A DNA stretch of 64,000 nucleotides from a virus. The position numbers and the translations under genes were made by a program. Location: positions 30,400-94,399 of the IMG/VR virus record IMGVR_UViG_3300027746_000644; one strand, given 5' to 3'. Numbering within the stretch: the stretch's first letter is position 1; each line of letters opens with the position of its first letter. Below, one piece after another: positions 55,350-64,000 of this stretch. The notes under the pieces are model-generated. The model had not been told where the DNA came from. It did not search any database and worked only from the letters and a program-made list of their open reading frames with translations.

Positions 55350-56531
55350 ATGTCACATGTAGATCCAATTATCGATAAAATTATTGTAGCACGAGTAGGA
55401 TTGCTACTTCGCCATCCATTCTTTGGCAACATGGCCACACGTTTAAAAATTGAAGAAGCAAGCGATTGGCTTCCTACAGCGGCCACAGACGGACGCACCA
55501 TTTATTTTAATCGTGAATTTTTTACACCATTAACTACTAAGCAAATTGAATTTGTTATTGCACACGAAATCCTACATAATGTGTTTGACCACATGACTCG
55601 TGTGGAAGGTCGTAATAAACGCATTTGGAATATTGCCGCTGATTATTGCGTTAACGGACAATTGGTTCGTGATCGTATTGGTGAACAACCACCTGAGATC
55701 AAAATCTTCCACGATGCCAAATATTACGGCAAAGGTGCAGAAGAAGTGTATGACGAAATTTATAATAAACACGACGAAGAAGAATTAGAAGCTCTTGGTC
55801 AATTGCTGGACGAACACGTTGATTGGGGAGAAAACGGCAAAAGTGGTCAGCCTCAATACAGCAAAGATGAACTGAAAAAAATACGTGACGAAATTCGCGA
55901 AGCAACAATTCAAGCGGCGCAGGCCGCGGGTGCGGGAAATGTGCCTGCAAGTATCCAAAGAATGATTAAGGAACTTACAGAGCCTAAAATGAATTGGCGT
56001 GAAATTATTCGTCAACAAATTCAAAGCACCATCAAATACGATTACAGCTTTATGCGTCCTAATCGTAAGGGTTGGCACATGAGTGCAATACTGCCAGGTT
56101 CTGCATACGAAGAAACAATTGACATTTGTGTGGGTATTGACATGTCTGGATCAATTGGTGACGAACAAGCAAAAGATTTCCTAACAGAAATCAAAGGCAT
56201 TATGCAAGAATACAAAGACTTTAAAATTAAAGTTTGGTGTTTTGATACCAAGGTCTATAATGAAGCTGACTATGATGGTTACTGCATGGACGAGTTTGAC
56301 GACTATGAAGTTATGGGCGGTGGTGGCACTGAATTTGATGCCAACTGGGATTACATGAAAGAGCATAATATTACTCCTAAGAAGTTTATCATGTTTACAG
56401 ACGGCTATCCTTACGGCTCATGGGGTGATGAAAACTACTGTGATACCGTGTTCATCATACACGGTAATAACACTATTGTGCCGCCTTGGGGCGAGTTTGC
56501 ATACTACGAAGAAGTTACTGAACCCGCATAA
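55350..56531 (+). CDS. Metallopeptidase-vWA protein (MoxR partner)
   Basis: TAATDG, HEILH, MIDAS DMSGS, GGGGTEF, FTDG. Confidence 0.88.
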   Translation: MSHVDPIIDKIIVARVGLLLRHPFFGNMATRLKIEEASDWLPTAATDGRTIYFNREFFTPLTTKQIEFVIAHEILHNVFDHMTRVEGRNKRIWNIAADYCVNGQLVRDRIGEQPPEIKIFHDAKYYGKGAEEVYDEIYNKHDEEELEALGQLLDEHVDWGENGKSGQPQYSKDELKKIRDEIREATIQAAQAAGAGNVPASIQRMIKELTEPKMNWREIIRQQIQSTIKYDYSFMRPNRKGWHMSAILPGSAYEETIDICVGIDMSGSIGDEQAKDFLTEIKGIMQEYKDFKIKVWCFDTKVYNEADYDGYCMDEFDDYEVMGGGGTEFDANWDYMKEHNITPKKFIMFTDGYPYGSWGDENYCDTVFIIHGNNTIVPPWGEFAYYEEVTEPA

Positions 56532-56532
56532 T

Positions 56533-56820
56533 ATGAGCTTGAAAAACGGCAAACCTAATCCTTTAAATTATTTTGAATTACGCAGGGTTAGGGTTGCCTG
56601 CCCTCATTTTAAATACACTACTATAGAAAAATACAGCCCAATTTTGCTCAAAAGTATCGATGGTTGGATCTTTAATAATTTAAATAGTAGGTATTATATT
56701 GGACAAAGCATTGGGCTAGACTATTCTAATACAATTGTACATAACACACGAATAGGGTTTGAAAGCGAGAAAGAATTAAGTTTCTTCAGGATTGCGTGTC
56801 CTTTGTTAGAAACGAGATAA
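56533..56820 (+). CDS. Hypothetical protein
   Basis: ATG 56533 after the upstream stop; IGFESEKELSFF. Confidence 0.6.
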   Translation: MSLKNGKPNPLNYFELRRVRVACPHFKYTTIEKYSPILLKSIDGWIFNNLNSRYYIGQSIGLDYSNTIVHNTRIGFESEKELSFFRIACPLLETR

Positions 56821-56850
56821 TTAACTATGTACTTAACCGAAGGAGATACT

Positions 56851-57078
56851 ATGACTGAACCCGTACAAGAAAATCAGGAGCTACCGCAAGAAGAAGCTCC
56901 AAAAGAAAATCAAAACGATCTAACTATCAATGACTTAAATGCAATGAAAGTTATTATCGATATTGCCAGTTCGCGGGGTGCTTTTAAACCAAACGAAATG
57001 ACAGCAGTTGGACAAACTTATACAAAATTAACAGCATTTTTAGACCAAGTGGCTAAACAAGCTGAAGGACAAAAATAA
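56851..57078 (+). CDS. Hypothetical protein
   Basis: AAGGAG SD; LTINDL...IIDIASSRGAF. Confidence 0.7.
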   Translation: MTEPVQENQELPQEEAPKENQNDLTINDLNAMKVIIDIASSRGAFKPNEMTAVGQTYTKLTAFLDQVAKQAEGQK

Positions 57079-57079
57079 A

Positions 57080-57694
57080 ATGGCAGAACTTAAACACGTA
57101 GGTAGAGTAAAATCGTCTAACAAAAAGTGCGTTGTTGCATATCGGACACTTCCCGGTGATGCATATAACTGCTTGATTGTGCCGACAGAAAATCTACCAG
57201 ATAGCTATCACGACGCTATTATTAATCTAGTGGAAAGCACTACTGGTCAAGATGCACATGAATTTGCAGATGCATTGGCAAGAGGTAATTTTCCGGATGG
57301 CAGTATTATGTTATCAGCATTGCACACACAAGGTAGATTGGTTAAGATTTCAACAGACCAAGTTGAGATGCAACCAACAACATCTGTATCAATTTTGTTA
57401 TCAGAACTTAACCAAGTTATTGCAGAACAACGTGGTGTGGCAATTGATGACTTGTCTGTTAAATCAAATATTCCTGATGCCAAACAAGCAGAAACGCCTA
57501 ATACTAAAAAAACTGAAAGTGATGTTACAAGAACCACATCTGCATCAGTTAATGAAGTTGAAGCAGTTAATGCCAACTTGACCACAGAAGAGCAGGCCAA
57601 AGAGTATCGTAGCAAAGCAGATCGATTGGCTAAGGATGCCGCAAATTTCCGTAGACTTGCCGAAGAATTGGTGCCAACCAAAAAACAAAAATGA
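57080..57694 (+). CDS. Hypothetical protein
   Basis: LKHVGR...VVAYRTLPGD; C-terminal coiled coil. Confidence 0.7.
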   Translation: MAELKHVGRVKSSNKKCVVAYRTLPGDAYNCLIVPTENLPDSYHDAIINLVESTTGQDAHEFADALARGNFPDGSIMLSALHTQGRLVKISTDQVEMQPTTSVSILLSELNQVIAEQRGVAIDDLSVKSNIPDAKQAETPNTKKTESDVTRTTSASVNEVEAVNANLTTEEQAKEYRSKADRLAKDAANFRRLAEELVPTKKQK

Positions 57695-58011
57695 TGTCCA
57701 AGGGAAAAATCTTTCCCAAAGAAATCATCGAACATTGGCCTGAAGTATTTGGAGAGGTAAAACTCAACGTGTTACCTCTTGGGTATTTGCATTCAGTTTT
57801 GGTTAATTTTAAAGATGGTAAAACGTGGGAAATCAAAGTAACTACACTTACTCGTAACGAGGGATGGTCCACTTTTGAATCCAGTCTTCGCGAGCTTGTG
57901 AAAACTTACGAAGACTCAATTGATAATATTGATTTTAAACTTGATACCGAACGTGTTAAAAAAGACATTGTAAAATCAACTCAAAAATTTTTAAAGAAAA
58001 AGAAGCTATAA
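57691..58011 (+). CDS. Hypothetical protein
   Basis: IIEHWPEVF; ATGA overlap. Confidence 0.65.
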   Translation: MMSKGKIFPKEIIEHWPEVFGEVKLNVLPLGYLHSVLVNFKDGKTWEIKVTTLTRNEGWSTFESSLRELVKTYEDSIDNIDFKLDTERVKKDIVKSTQKFLKKKKL

Positions 58012-58014
58012 ATA

Positions 58015-58677
58015 ATGAATGTTCGGCTATTATCCTATTCACAACCAACAGAAGAATTTAGAGATCTGGGTCTCTCAGATGCGCAGGAACTCATTGCGTA
58101 TTGCGCCCGTGTCAGCAATCCCTCCAATCAACTCAACACAGACACATCCGAAAAACTCATCAAGTACTTGGTCAAACACCAACACTGGAGCCCGCTTGAA
58201 ATGGTCAGTGCCTGTATCGAAATCACCACAACTAGAGATATTGCCCGGCAAATCTTGCGACACAGAAGTTTCAGCTTCCAAGAATTCAGTCAGCGATATG
58301 CTGACCCTACTAAAGACCTGTCGTTTGTATGTAGAGAAGCTAGATTGCAAGACGACAAAAATAGACAGAACAGCGTCGAAGTTGATGATCAACTCTTACA
58401 AAATGAATGGTACCGTGCTCAACAGCGAGTCATCTATGCCGCTAAACGTGAGTACGAATGGGCTATCAAAAACGGCATAGCCAAAGAACAGGCTCGTGCT
58501 GTGTTACCAGAAGGACTTATAGAAAGTCGATTATATATGAATGGTACACTACGTAGTTGGATTCATTTTATTGAATTACGCAGTGCCAACGGTACTCAAA
58601 AAGAGCATCAAGAAGTCGCTGTTGCTTGCGCCAAAGTGATAGCCACTATTTTTCCTCTAGCGGCCAATCTCCCTTAA
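58015..58677 (+). CDS. thyX: Flavin-dependent thymidylate synthase
   Basis: HWSPLE, RQILRHRSFSFQEFSQRY, EQARAVLP. Confidence 0.95.
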   Translation: MNVRLLSYSQPTEEFRDLGLSDAQELIAYCARVSNPSNQLNTDTSEKLIKYLVKHQHWSPLEMVSACIEITTTRDIARQILRHRSFSFQEFSQRYADPTKDLSFVCREARLQDDKNRQNSVEVDDQLLQNEWYRAQQRVIYAAKREYEWAIKNGIAKEQARAVLPEGLIESRLYMNGTLRSWIHFIELRSANGTQKEHQEVAVACAKVIATIFPLAANLP

Positions 58678-59389
58678 ATGTCTCAGGCGGAAACATTTTA
58701 ACGTGACCGTTAAACTCAGACTCTAGCCAAGTATAATCGTTTATCTTGGATAACATTTTTTTATCATCTTTATAAGTTTTTCCAAACCATTCACCTGCAC
58801 TTGCACCACCTTTGGCATATTCTCCGTAAATTCGATCTCCGCCAATATGCGTCCATACTTTTAATCTATGTGCAGTTTCATCATCTAATTGCCCTGCGAT
58901 AGTTCTACTGGCTAATTTTGCGCATTCTCTAAATGCACTACGCCATGTACTCAACGGATCCGTGTTAAATGCTGTTATGTTTGAAACCGTTGTCATTGCT
59001 TTAAATCTAGTAGATATACTGGTAGTCATGTCTGGGTTAGATAGATCCATTGCTAGCGTTAATTCCCTAGGCAATAGTTTAACACCGCCATATCCGTACT
59101 CTAAATTGTTGATAGGATTGATACTACGCCATACATGTACAATGTCTTCTTCGCTAGGATCCAGGTTTATACTAAATTTAAAATTTGGCAATAGATCTGC
59201 GTCTGCATCAACAACCCAAAACATATTAGTAGATACTATTTTTGCGGCAGCTATGTGGGCTTGATGTATTCCCGTAACTCCATGTATTCGATGCACACTG
59301 TTATCTGACTTTACAATATGTTTTAATAAATTAAAATAGACCTGATCGGCATTTGGTTCGTTAAATGATATAAACACAATATCGTACAT
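58646..59389 (-). CDS. GT-A fold glycosyltransferase-like protein
   Basis: DIVFISFNEPNA, RIHGV.GI..AH, VVDAD, YGYGGVKL, WRSAFRE. Confidence 0.7.
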   Translation of the reverse strand: MYDIVFISFNEPNADQVYFNLLKHIVKSDNSVHRIHGVTGIHQAHIAAAKIVSTNMFWVVDADADLLPNFKFSINLDPSEEDIVHVWRSINPINNLEYGYGGVKLLPRELTLAMDLSNPDMTTSISTRFKAMTTVSNITAFNTDPLSTWRSAFRECAKLASRTIAGQLDDETAHRLKVWTHIGGDRIYGEYAKGGASAGEWFGKTYKDDKKMLSKINDYTWLESEFNGHVKMFPPETFKGDWPLEEK

Positions 59390-60288
59390 TAACGTCTCCG
59401 GATAATTCTTGGAGAATTGTTATACACTGCTTTAAAAAATTTACTACCATCAAAATCTAAATCTGCAATCTCTAAACCGCACTCGCGCCGCAATGTTTCA
59501 CCCAGACCCATGATTTCATAAGGTAGCATTTCATCTGTGATCTTACTATATTTGTTTCTCCATTCAGAGGTTAACCATTCAAAATCTCGTACATTTGCAT
59601 AATCCCAGTCAGTGCAGTTGGTAAGGTAAGCACCTTCTCTAGCACCGTACATGCTCCATGATCCGTTTTCAACGTCAGCGCCAACATTGCACCATATTAA
59701 CATTCTATCGTAATTTTGCCACCATATTGATTTTAAATCTTTAGTTTTAGCTCCTTGATCCAGTGACATTTTTACACCCTCACGGAATCCTGCTCGCCAT
59801 GCTTGAAAAGGCGTGGCGTTTGTAAAACTCTCGCTGTAGTTTTCATTAAACTGATAATATTTGTCGTCAAAACAAAATTCAACTAATCCCTTTACGTCAT
59901 TGGGATCAGAATTTTCATGTGTGCGCATTGCATTAACAAACTTGCGTGTCCACATTTTTAAGCCACCATTACCGTACATAAGTCCGTTAACGTGTACTTT
60001 TCCACACCAGCTAAACACATGATCGGATGTTAACCCTAATGCGTCTAAGTCTATTTCAACTTCGAGGAATTTGAGATCTACAATATTGTCAGCATCCACT
60101 GTGACAAAGTATTCCGTTTCGCTTAACTTGGCGCAGGCTTTGTGCGCGGCATCCGATCCTTTGACTCCATGCACACGTTTTGCCCAAGGTACTTTGTTAC
60201 ACAAATCTGCATAATTTTTTTCAGCATTGGGTTCATCGTAGCTGAGAAATATGATGTCTTGTTCTATAACTTTAATAACGTTACTCAT
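59389..60288 (-). CDS. GT-A fold glycosyltransferase-like protein (paralogue of the neighbouring gene)
   Basis: DIIFLSYDEPNA, RVHGVKG..AH, TVDAD, YGNGGLK, WRAGFREG. Confidence 0.7.
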   Translation of the reverse strand: MSNVIKVIEQDIIFLSYDEPNAEKNYADLCNKVPWAKRVHGVKGSDAAHKACAKLSETEYFVTVDADNIVDLKFLEVEIDLDALGLTSDHVFSWCGKVHVNGLMYGNGGLKMWTRKFVNAMRTHENSDPNDVKGLVEFCFDDKYYQFNENYSESFTNATPFQAWRAGFREGVKMSLDQGAKTKDLKSIWWQNYDRMLIWCNVGADVENGSWSMYGAREGAYLTNCTDWDYANVRDFEWLTSEWRNKYSKITDEMLPYEIMGLGETLRRECGLEIADLDFDGSKFFKAVYNNSPRIIRRR

Positions 60289-60871
60289 TTGATTGTTTCC
60301 ATTCTCTAATACCGTAAGAGAAAAACGGATTCCTTATAAAAATATTAATTTTTTTAATGTCTGATTCACGTTCAGATACAAACGGTATAACTGTCTTATC
60401 TTGAATTAATTGTTGTATATCAATTATTGCCTTTTGTATTAGCATATTAGGCTCGTTTGCCACAGTAATATAAAATTCTACATCTTTGTAACGTATACTG
60501 GAAATTTGATTTTCATCATATATACGTTGTCTAAATTCGTCAGTAATAATAAAAATCCATGAGGCATTAAAAGCATCCCAATGGATTGTCAGTTCAGTAG
60601 CAACATCAGGAGTATTTAAAATTTTTTCAAATAAACTATTTTTAAAAAGTATACTTTGATTTTCTTTTTGAACTAATTCAAATTCGTAGTCTACATTTTT
60701 TGTTCTACAAACTACCCAATCATTAAATTTTTCAATACCACTAACAAATCTGTGATATAGTTCTCTAGATACTTCTAATTTATATTCATACTCGCTACGC
60801 AATTCGTTAGAAAATGCAAGTAAATTACCAGTACTGATATCAAAATATGCATATAATTTAGTACTTGCCAT
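60281..60871 (-). CDS. Hypothetical protein
   Basis: 196-aa ORF overlapping its neighbours within the GT cluster. Confidence 0.65.
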   Translation of the reverse strand: MASTKLYAYFDISTGNLLAFSNELRSEYEYKLEVSRELYHRFVSGIEKFNDWVVCRTKNVDYEFELVQKENQSILFKNSLFEKILNTPDVATELTIHWDAFNASWIFIITDEFRQRIYDENQISSIRYKDVEFYITVANEPNMLIQKAIIDIQQLIQDKTVIPFVSERESDIKKINIFIRNPFFSYGIREWKQSNE

Positions 60872-61700
60872 TTGCCATCTCCTCTAATTCCTCTAATAAA
60901 TTATTTGTTATAAAATTCTTTTCTACATAATGGAATAATTTATCTTGAGCAATATTTCCAACTACTAGTTTGCCTGTAGATGTTAAATAATGAGACACCA
61001 TATCTTGCCAACTTTCAGGAGTAATAGTCCATCCTTGAATAGGAGATTTCATATGTGTAAATTGTAATGGAGAATTTACGTCAATTATATCTTGAAGTCC
61101 TGCTATTTCTATACTGATGGCACAAGCAAGATCCATACTTAGCCAGTTTTGGTATTCGTTAGGTGCTACTCTTCCATAACATAATTCCCAGTTATTTACA
61201 ACAAACTCTAAAACTTTATAAAAATCTGCTACTTCGTCAGACTTTTTAAAATAATGCAATGCATGATAAACATTGGGTAAGCTGTTTGCCATAAATGTTT
61301 TACGATGTACATTATCTACTACATTTTCTAATTTGTAATTTACAATCTTTGAACAGAACCGAATATCAAAATTGCCACAATATTCCCACCATAATCCAAT
61401 ATCTTCCAATAACAACATATCAGCATCTAAAACAATAGTTTCATAATACGGGCTTGCGTAGTACAACTTCCATCGATTCTCAATTTTCCATTGTGTCTTG
61501 GTAGCATCATCATTCCACGGTATTGGAATAATTTTATCAAATACTGCTTTATATTTTTTTGGCACTCGATTATTTGTAACTAATGAGATGTTAGTAACAT
61601 TCAACTGTGTTGCCTTAATACTCAAGGCCAATGCATAGGCTTGTTTGACGTAATCAACATTTTTGTTATTTTGAGCAAGAACTACAAATCCTTTAGACAC
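60858..61700 (-). CDS. GT-A (GT8-like) glycosyltransferase
   Basis: AYALALSIK, FDKII, SPYYETIVLDADML, HMK; GTG start after GGAGG. Confidence 0.7.
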   Translation of the reverse strand: MSKGFVVLAQNNKNVDYVKQAYALALSIKATQLNVTNISLVTNNRVPKKYKAVFDKIIPIPWNDDATKTQWKIENRWKLYYASPYYETIVLDADMLLLEDIGLWWEYCGNFDIRFCSKIVNYKLENVVDNVHRKTFMANSLPNVYHALHYFKKSDEVADFYKVLEFVVNNWELCYGRVAPNEYQNWLSMDLACAISIEIAGLQDIIDVNSPLQFTHMKSPIQGWTITPESWQDMVSHYLTSTGKLVVGNIAQDKLFHYVEKNFITNNLLEELEEMANGKY

Positions 61701-62550
61701 CGGAGCCTCCGTCAATAAATCTTGAAAGACTTAGTTTGTTCATAATGTGAACATCAGTATCGGATAACGACACAGCAGTATATTCTCCTAAATGATTTTC
61801 TTTTTCAATTAAGAATTTTATTTTTTTATCTTTGATAGATATTAATAAGTCTCTATCAGAAATATATAACATTTTTCCAGGTAACTCCTGTGCAAACATG
61901 CCTGCTGTTTTTGCGTTCATGAGATGTATAGCAATACTAAATGCAAAATCATTTCTAAATGTAGGAACCTCTATGCTATACAACGTTCTAAAATACTGCC
62001 AATTAGATTTAATATAATCAATAATATCAAAAAAAGATTTTACTTCTAATGTTTTTTCAAATATAAAAGTAGTGGCCCAGTAAAACGGTATTGAAAATTG
62101 ATTTATTCGTTTAAATTCAGTATTGTCTCTCCATGATGACAAACTAACACTGTCTTTGTAAATTTGAAAAGTATGATCTGAAAACAATGCATTGGATAAT
62201 AACGAAGAATTAATAATGTAGTCGCTGTCAATGACCAATGTCCTTTCATACGGTGTTAGTTTGTAAACTGAATTTCTGGATAAATTCTTCCACTCTAAAA
62301 ATTTTGAGGACAATGTGCCGTCGTTGAATCTTTTTTGATTGGAAGTTGATGTGTTTTCTATACTGATGATTTGATCAAAGATCGTAGATTCTTTAGGATA
62401 TGTTTTTAACATCCAATCTGATGAATCTGTGATAATGCTGACTGGGATATTTAAAAACGTGTGTATTTGAGTGGCGGCAAAAATTGCCAGCTTGACATAA
62501 TCAACTGATGAATTATTTTGAGCAAAAATAACCGCGCCGGTTGTTTTCAT
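61693..62550 (-). CDS. GT-A (GT8-like) glycosyltransferase
   Basis: FDQII, TPYERTLVIDSDY, FRNDFAFSIA, HIMNK. Confidence 0.7.
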   Translation of the reverse strand: MKTTGAVIFAQNNSSVDYVKLAIFAATQIHTFLNIPVSIITDSSDWMLKTYPKESTIFDQIISIENTSTSNQKRFNDGTLSSKFLEWKNLSRNSVYKLTPYERTLVIDSDYIINSSLLSNALFSDHTFQIYKDSVSLSSWRDNTEFKRINQFSIPFYWATTFIFEKTLEVKSFFDIIDYIKSNWQYFRTLYSIEVPTFRNDFAFSIAIHLMNAKTAGMFAQELPGKMLYISDRDLLISIKDKKIKFLIEKENHLGEYTAVSLSDTDVHIMNKLSLSRFIDGGSGV

Positions 62551-62897
62551 AACTCGACCAAATCACTTATTTTTCTTTTGGATTTGATAGCTATAAATCT
62601 AGTTGAGTAATTGGCTATTACTTCAAAATATTGCGTTGTGATACTGTCAAAAAATTCTTGTACATCAGCTACCACAACTGGATTATTATTATCATCTATA
62701 AACACTGCATCCGCTACTCGATCCAAATCAATCATTAATTTTACAAAATTAATTAATGCAGGTGTGATTTTGAATGTTGATCCGTTAGTATAGTAAATTA
62801 GTTTTTGATCAACTTCTTCGGCCAATAATCGCCTTTGATTTGAAAGCGTTGCCATGTAGTTGACAACTTCAAATGCTTTTTCAATTTTTTCGTCCAT
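62547..62897 (-). CDS. Hypothetical protein
   Basis: GGAG SD, ATG 62897; NGSTFKI...IDDNNNP. Confidence 0.65.
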   Translation of the reverse strand: MDEKIEKAFEVVNYMATLSNQRRLLAEEVDQKLIYYTNGSTFKITPALINFVKLMIDLDRVADAVFIDDNNNPVVVADVQEFFDSITTQYFEVIANYSTRFIAIKSKRKISDLVEL

Positions 62898-62918
62898 AGA
62901 TAACTCCGAGATAGTGTA

Positions 62919-62947
62919 ATAATACACTATTATAATTATCTAGTCAA
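62919..62947 (-). promoter_or_regulatory. Sigma70-type promoter for the GT cluster, overlapped by an inverted repeat
   Basis: Minus strand TTGACT (62947-62942), 17 bp, TATTAT (62924-62919); ATAGTGTA/TACACTAT stem. Confidence 0.55.
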
Positions 62948-62966
62948 GAGGTTACGGATATTGAAA

Positions 62967-63998
62967 TTAGGATCGAGAAACGTCAGCCACCACAATTGTA
63001 GACGAGGTTGCTATAATTGGCCCGGTAATTGATCCAGAATGTACATTTAATACAATACTTTCTGGGCCTTCTGTCGTTAAATCAGCTGACAGTGGTCTTG
63101 TTACTATACCAAGATTTAAATTTACAATAAAAGATCCGCTGTTTGTTGTATCTGCAAAATCCCCAGGAACTGTGGTGCCGGTATTAGTCCAATACAACAC
63201 TGTTCCATTGGCAATTCCAGCTGTATTGATAGCAAAGGTAATAGTTTGCCCTTCATCTATTGACAACGTGCCGGTGGTTATTGTTACTGATACTGGAGTC
63301 ACCGATATATCTGTTATTGTAACAATAGAAGAAGTTGCCACAACTGGTCCTGATATTGATCCTGTTCGTATTTGTAAAATAATAGTTTCAGATCCTTCTG
63401 TTGTTAAATCTGAACTTAACTGTCTAACTATGGAGCCTGAGTCAGCTGAAACTGTAAACGATCCTGAATTTGTATTACTGGTAAAATCTTGTGCAGAAGT
63501 TGTTCCACTATTAGTCCAGTATAACACAGTACCGTTTGCCACTCCGCTAGTATTAACAGTATACGTAATAGTGTTTCCTTCGTTTACTAATGTAACACTT
63601 GGGCTAACACTGTACGTTGGTGGTGGAGTAACATATGCTGAAGTATAGCTCCAACCAGATCCAACAACGTTTACCGTTGGATAAGGTATTGCAACATTGG
63701 CGCCTGAAGCAATATACATTTGACAGATACTAGTTAATGTTCCAATGACTGGCTCAAATACTCTATAAGTGCCGTCGTTGCCTGCATCAGTGTACGACCA
63801 AGTTGGAGTGAGTATCAACGCTGATCCTCCGGATATCCTTGCATATAAATCATACTGATTTGGTGTATATTGATTTCCGCCTTCAACTAATTTACTAAAA
63901 ATTAATTGGTCAGTTGAAGTTAGGTTAACAAAACCAATATTGGTAGCTGGAGTTCCGGTACCGGTATTTGTGGTTGAGTTGTTAGTTAACTTTATAGT
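62967..63998 (-). CDS. Virion structural protein with two Calx-beta/Ig-like repeats, 5'-partial
   Basis: Frame is open to the window end; two ~100-aa repeats (EG.TIT..NT.G.ANGTVLYWTN.GTT...DLTTEG.E). Confidence 0.7.
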   Translation of the reverse strand, partial: TIKLTNNSTTNTGTGTPATNIGFVNLTSTDQLIFSKLVEGGNQYTPNQYDLYARISGGSALILTPTWSYTDAGNDGTYRVFEPVIGTLTSICQMYIASGANVAIPYPTVNVVGSGWSYTSAYVTPPPTYSVSPSVTLVNEGNTITYTVNTSGVANGTVLYWTNSGTTSAQDFTSNTNSGSFTVSADSGSIVRQLSSDLTTEGSETIILQIRTGSISGPVVATSSIVTITDISVTPVSVTITTGTLSIDEGQTITFAINTAGIANGTVLYWTNTGTTVPGDFADTTNSGSFIVNLNLGIVTRPLSADLTTEGPESIVLNVHSGSITGPIIATSSTIVVADVSRS

Positions 63999-64000
63999 GC

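Noticed and set aside
54797-55501. 234-aa minus-strand ORF across moxR/vWA
   Set aside because: Antisense to two well-supported genes and spans their promoter; no recognisable domain.
58007-58014. Perfect T4 late box TATAAATA before thyX
   Set aside because: It abuts the ATG, so a transcript would start inside the gene; explained by the upstream stop codon and AT-richness.

Overview
This window is 64 kb of a large (jumbo-type), AT-rich, T4-related tailed dsDNA phage, using the standard genetic code. The GH19 endolysin, embedded two-component spanin and 7Fe ferredoxin suggest a Gram-negative host. Gene order: (1) 1-8.6 kb tail fibre and baseplate genes; (2) 8.6-21.7 kb DnaE-like fragment, GroES, clamp loader, ferredoxin, dCMP deaminase, PhoH, lysis cassette, DnaJ-Def-ClpA; (3) 21.8-34.3 kb a block of probable capsid-packaged, protease-processed proteins, including a ligase-like nucleotidyltransferase and a HIGH nucleotidyltransferase split by a single in-frame TGA; (4) 34.4-51 kb DNA polymerase B, sliding clamp and a 7-deazaguanine DNA-modification locus (TGT/DpdA-like, DpdL-like T-fold, FolE, QueE) interleaved with sugar redox enzymes and a glycosyltransferase; (5) 51-58.7 kb RNase H, MoxR-vWA, ThyX; (6) 58.6-64 kb a minus-strand glycosyltransferase cluster and an Ig/Calx-beta-like structural gene. 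The best candidate for an undescribed system is a possibly sugar-decorated, clamp-coupled 7-deazaguanine DNA modification pathway. All family calls come from motif recognition by eye; no database search was run. No tRNA, CRISPR array or mobile element was seen.
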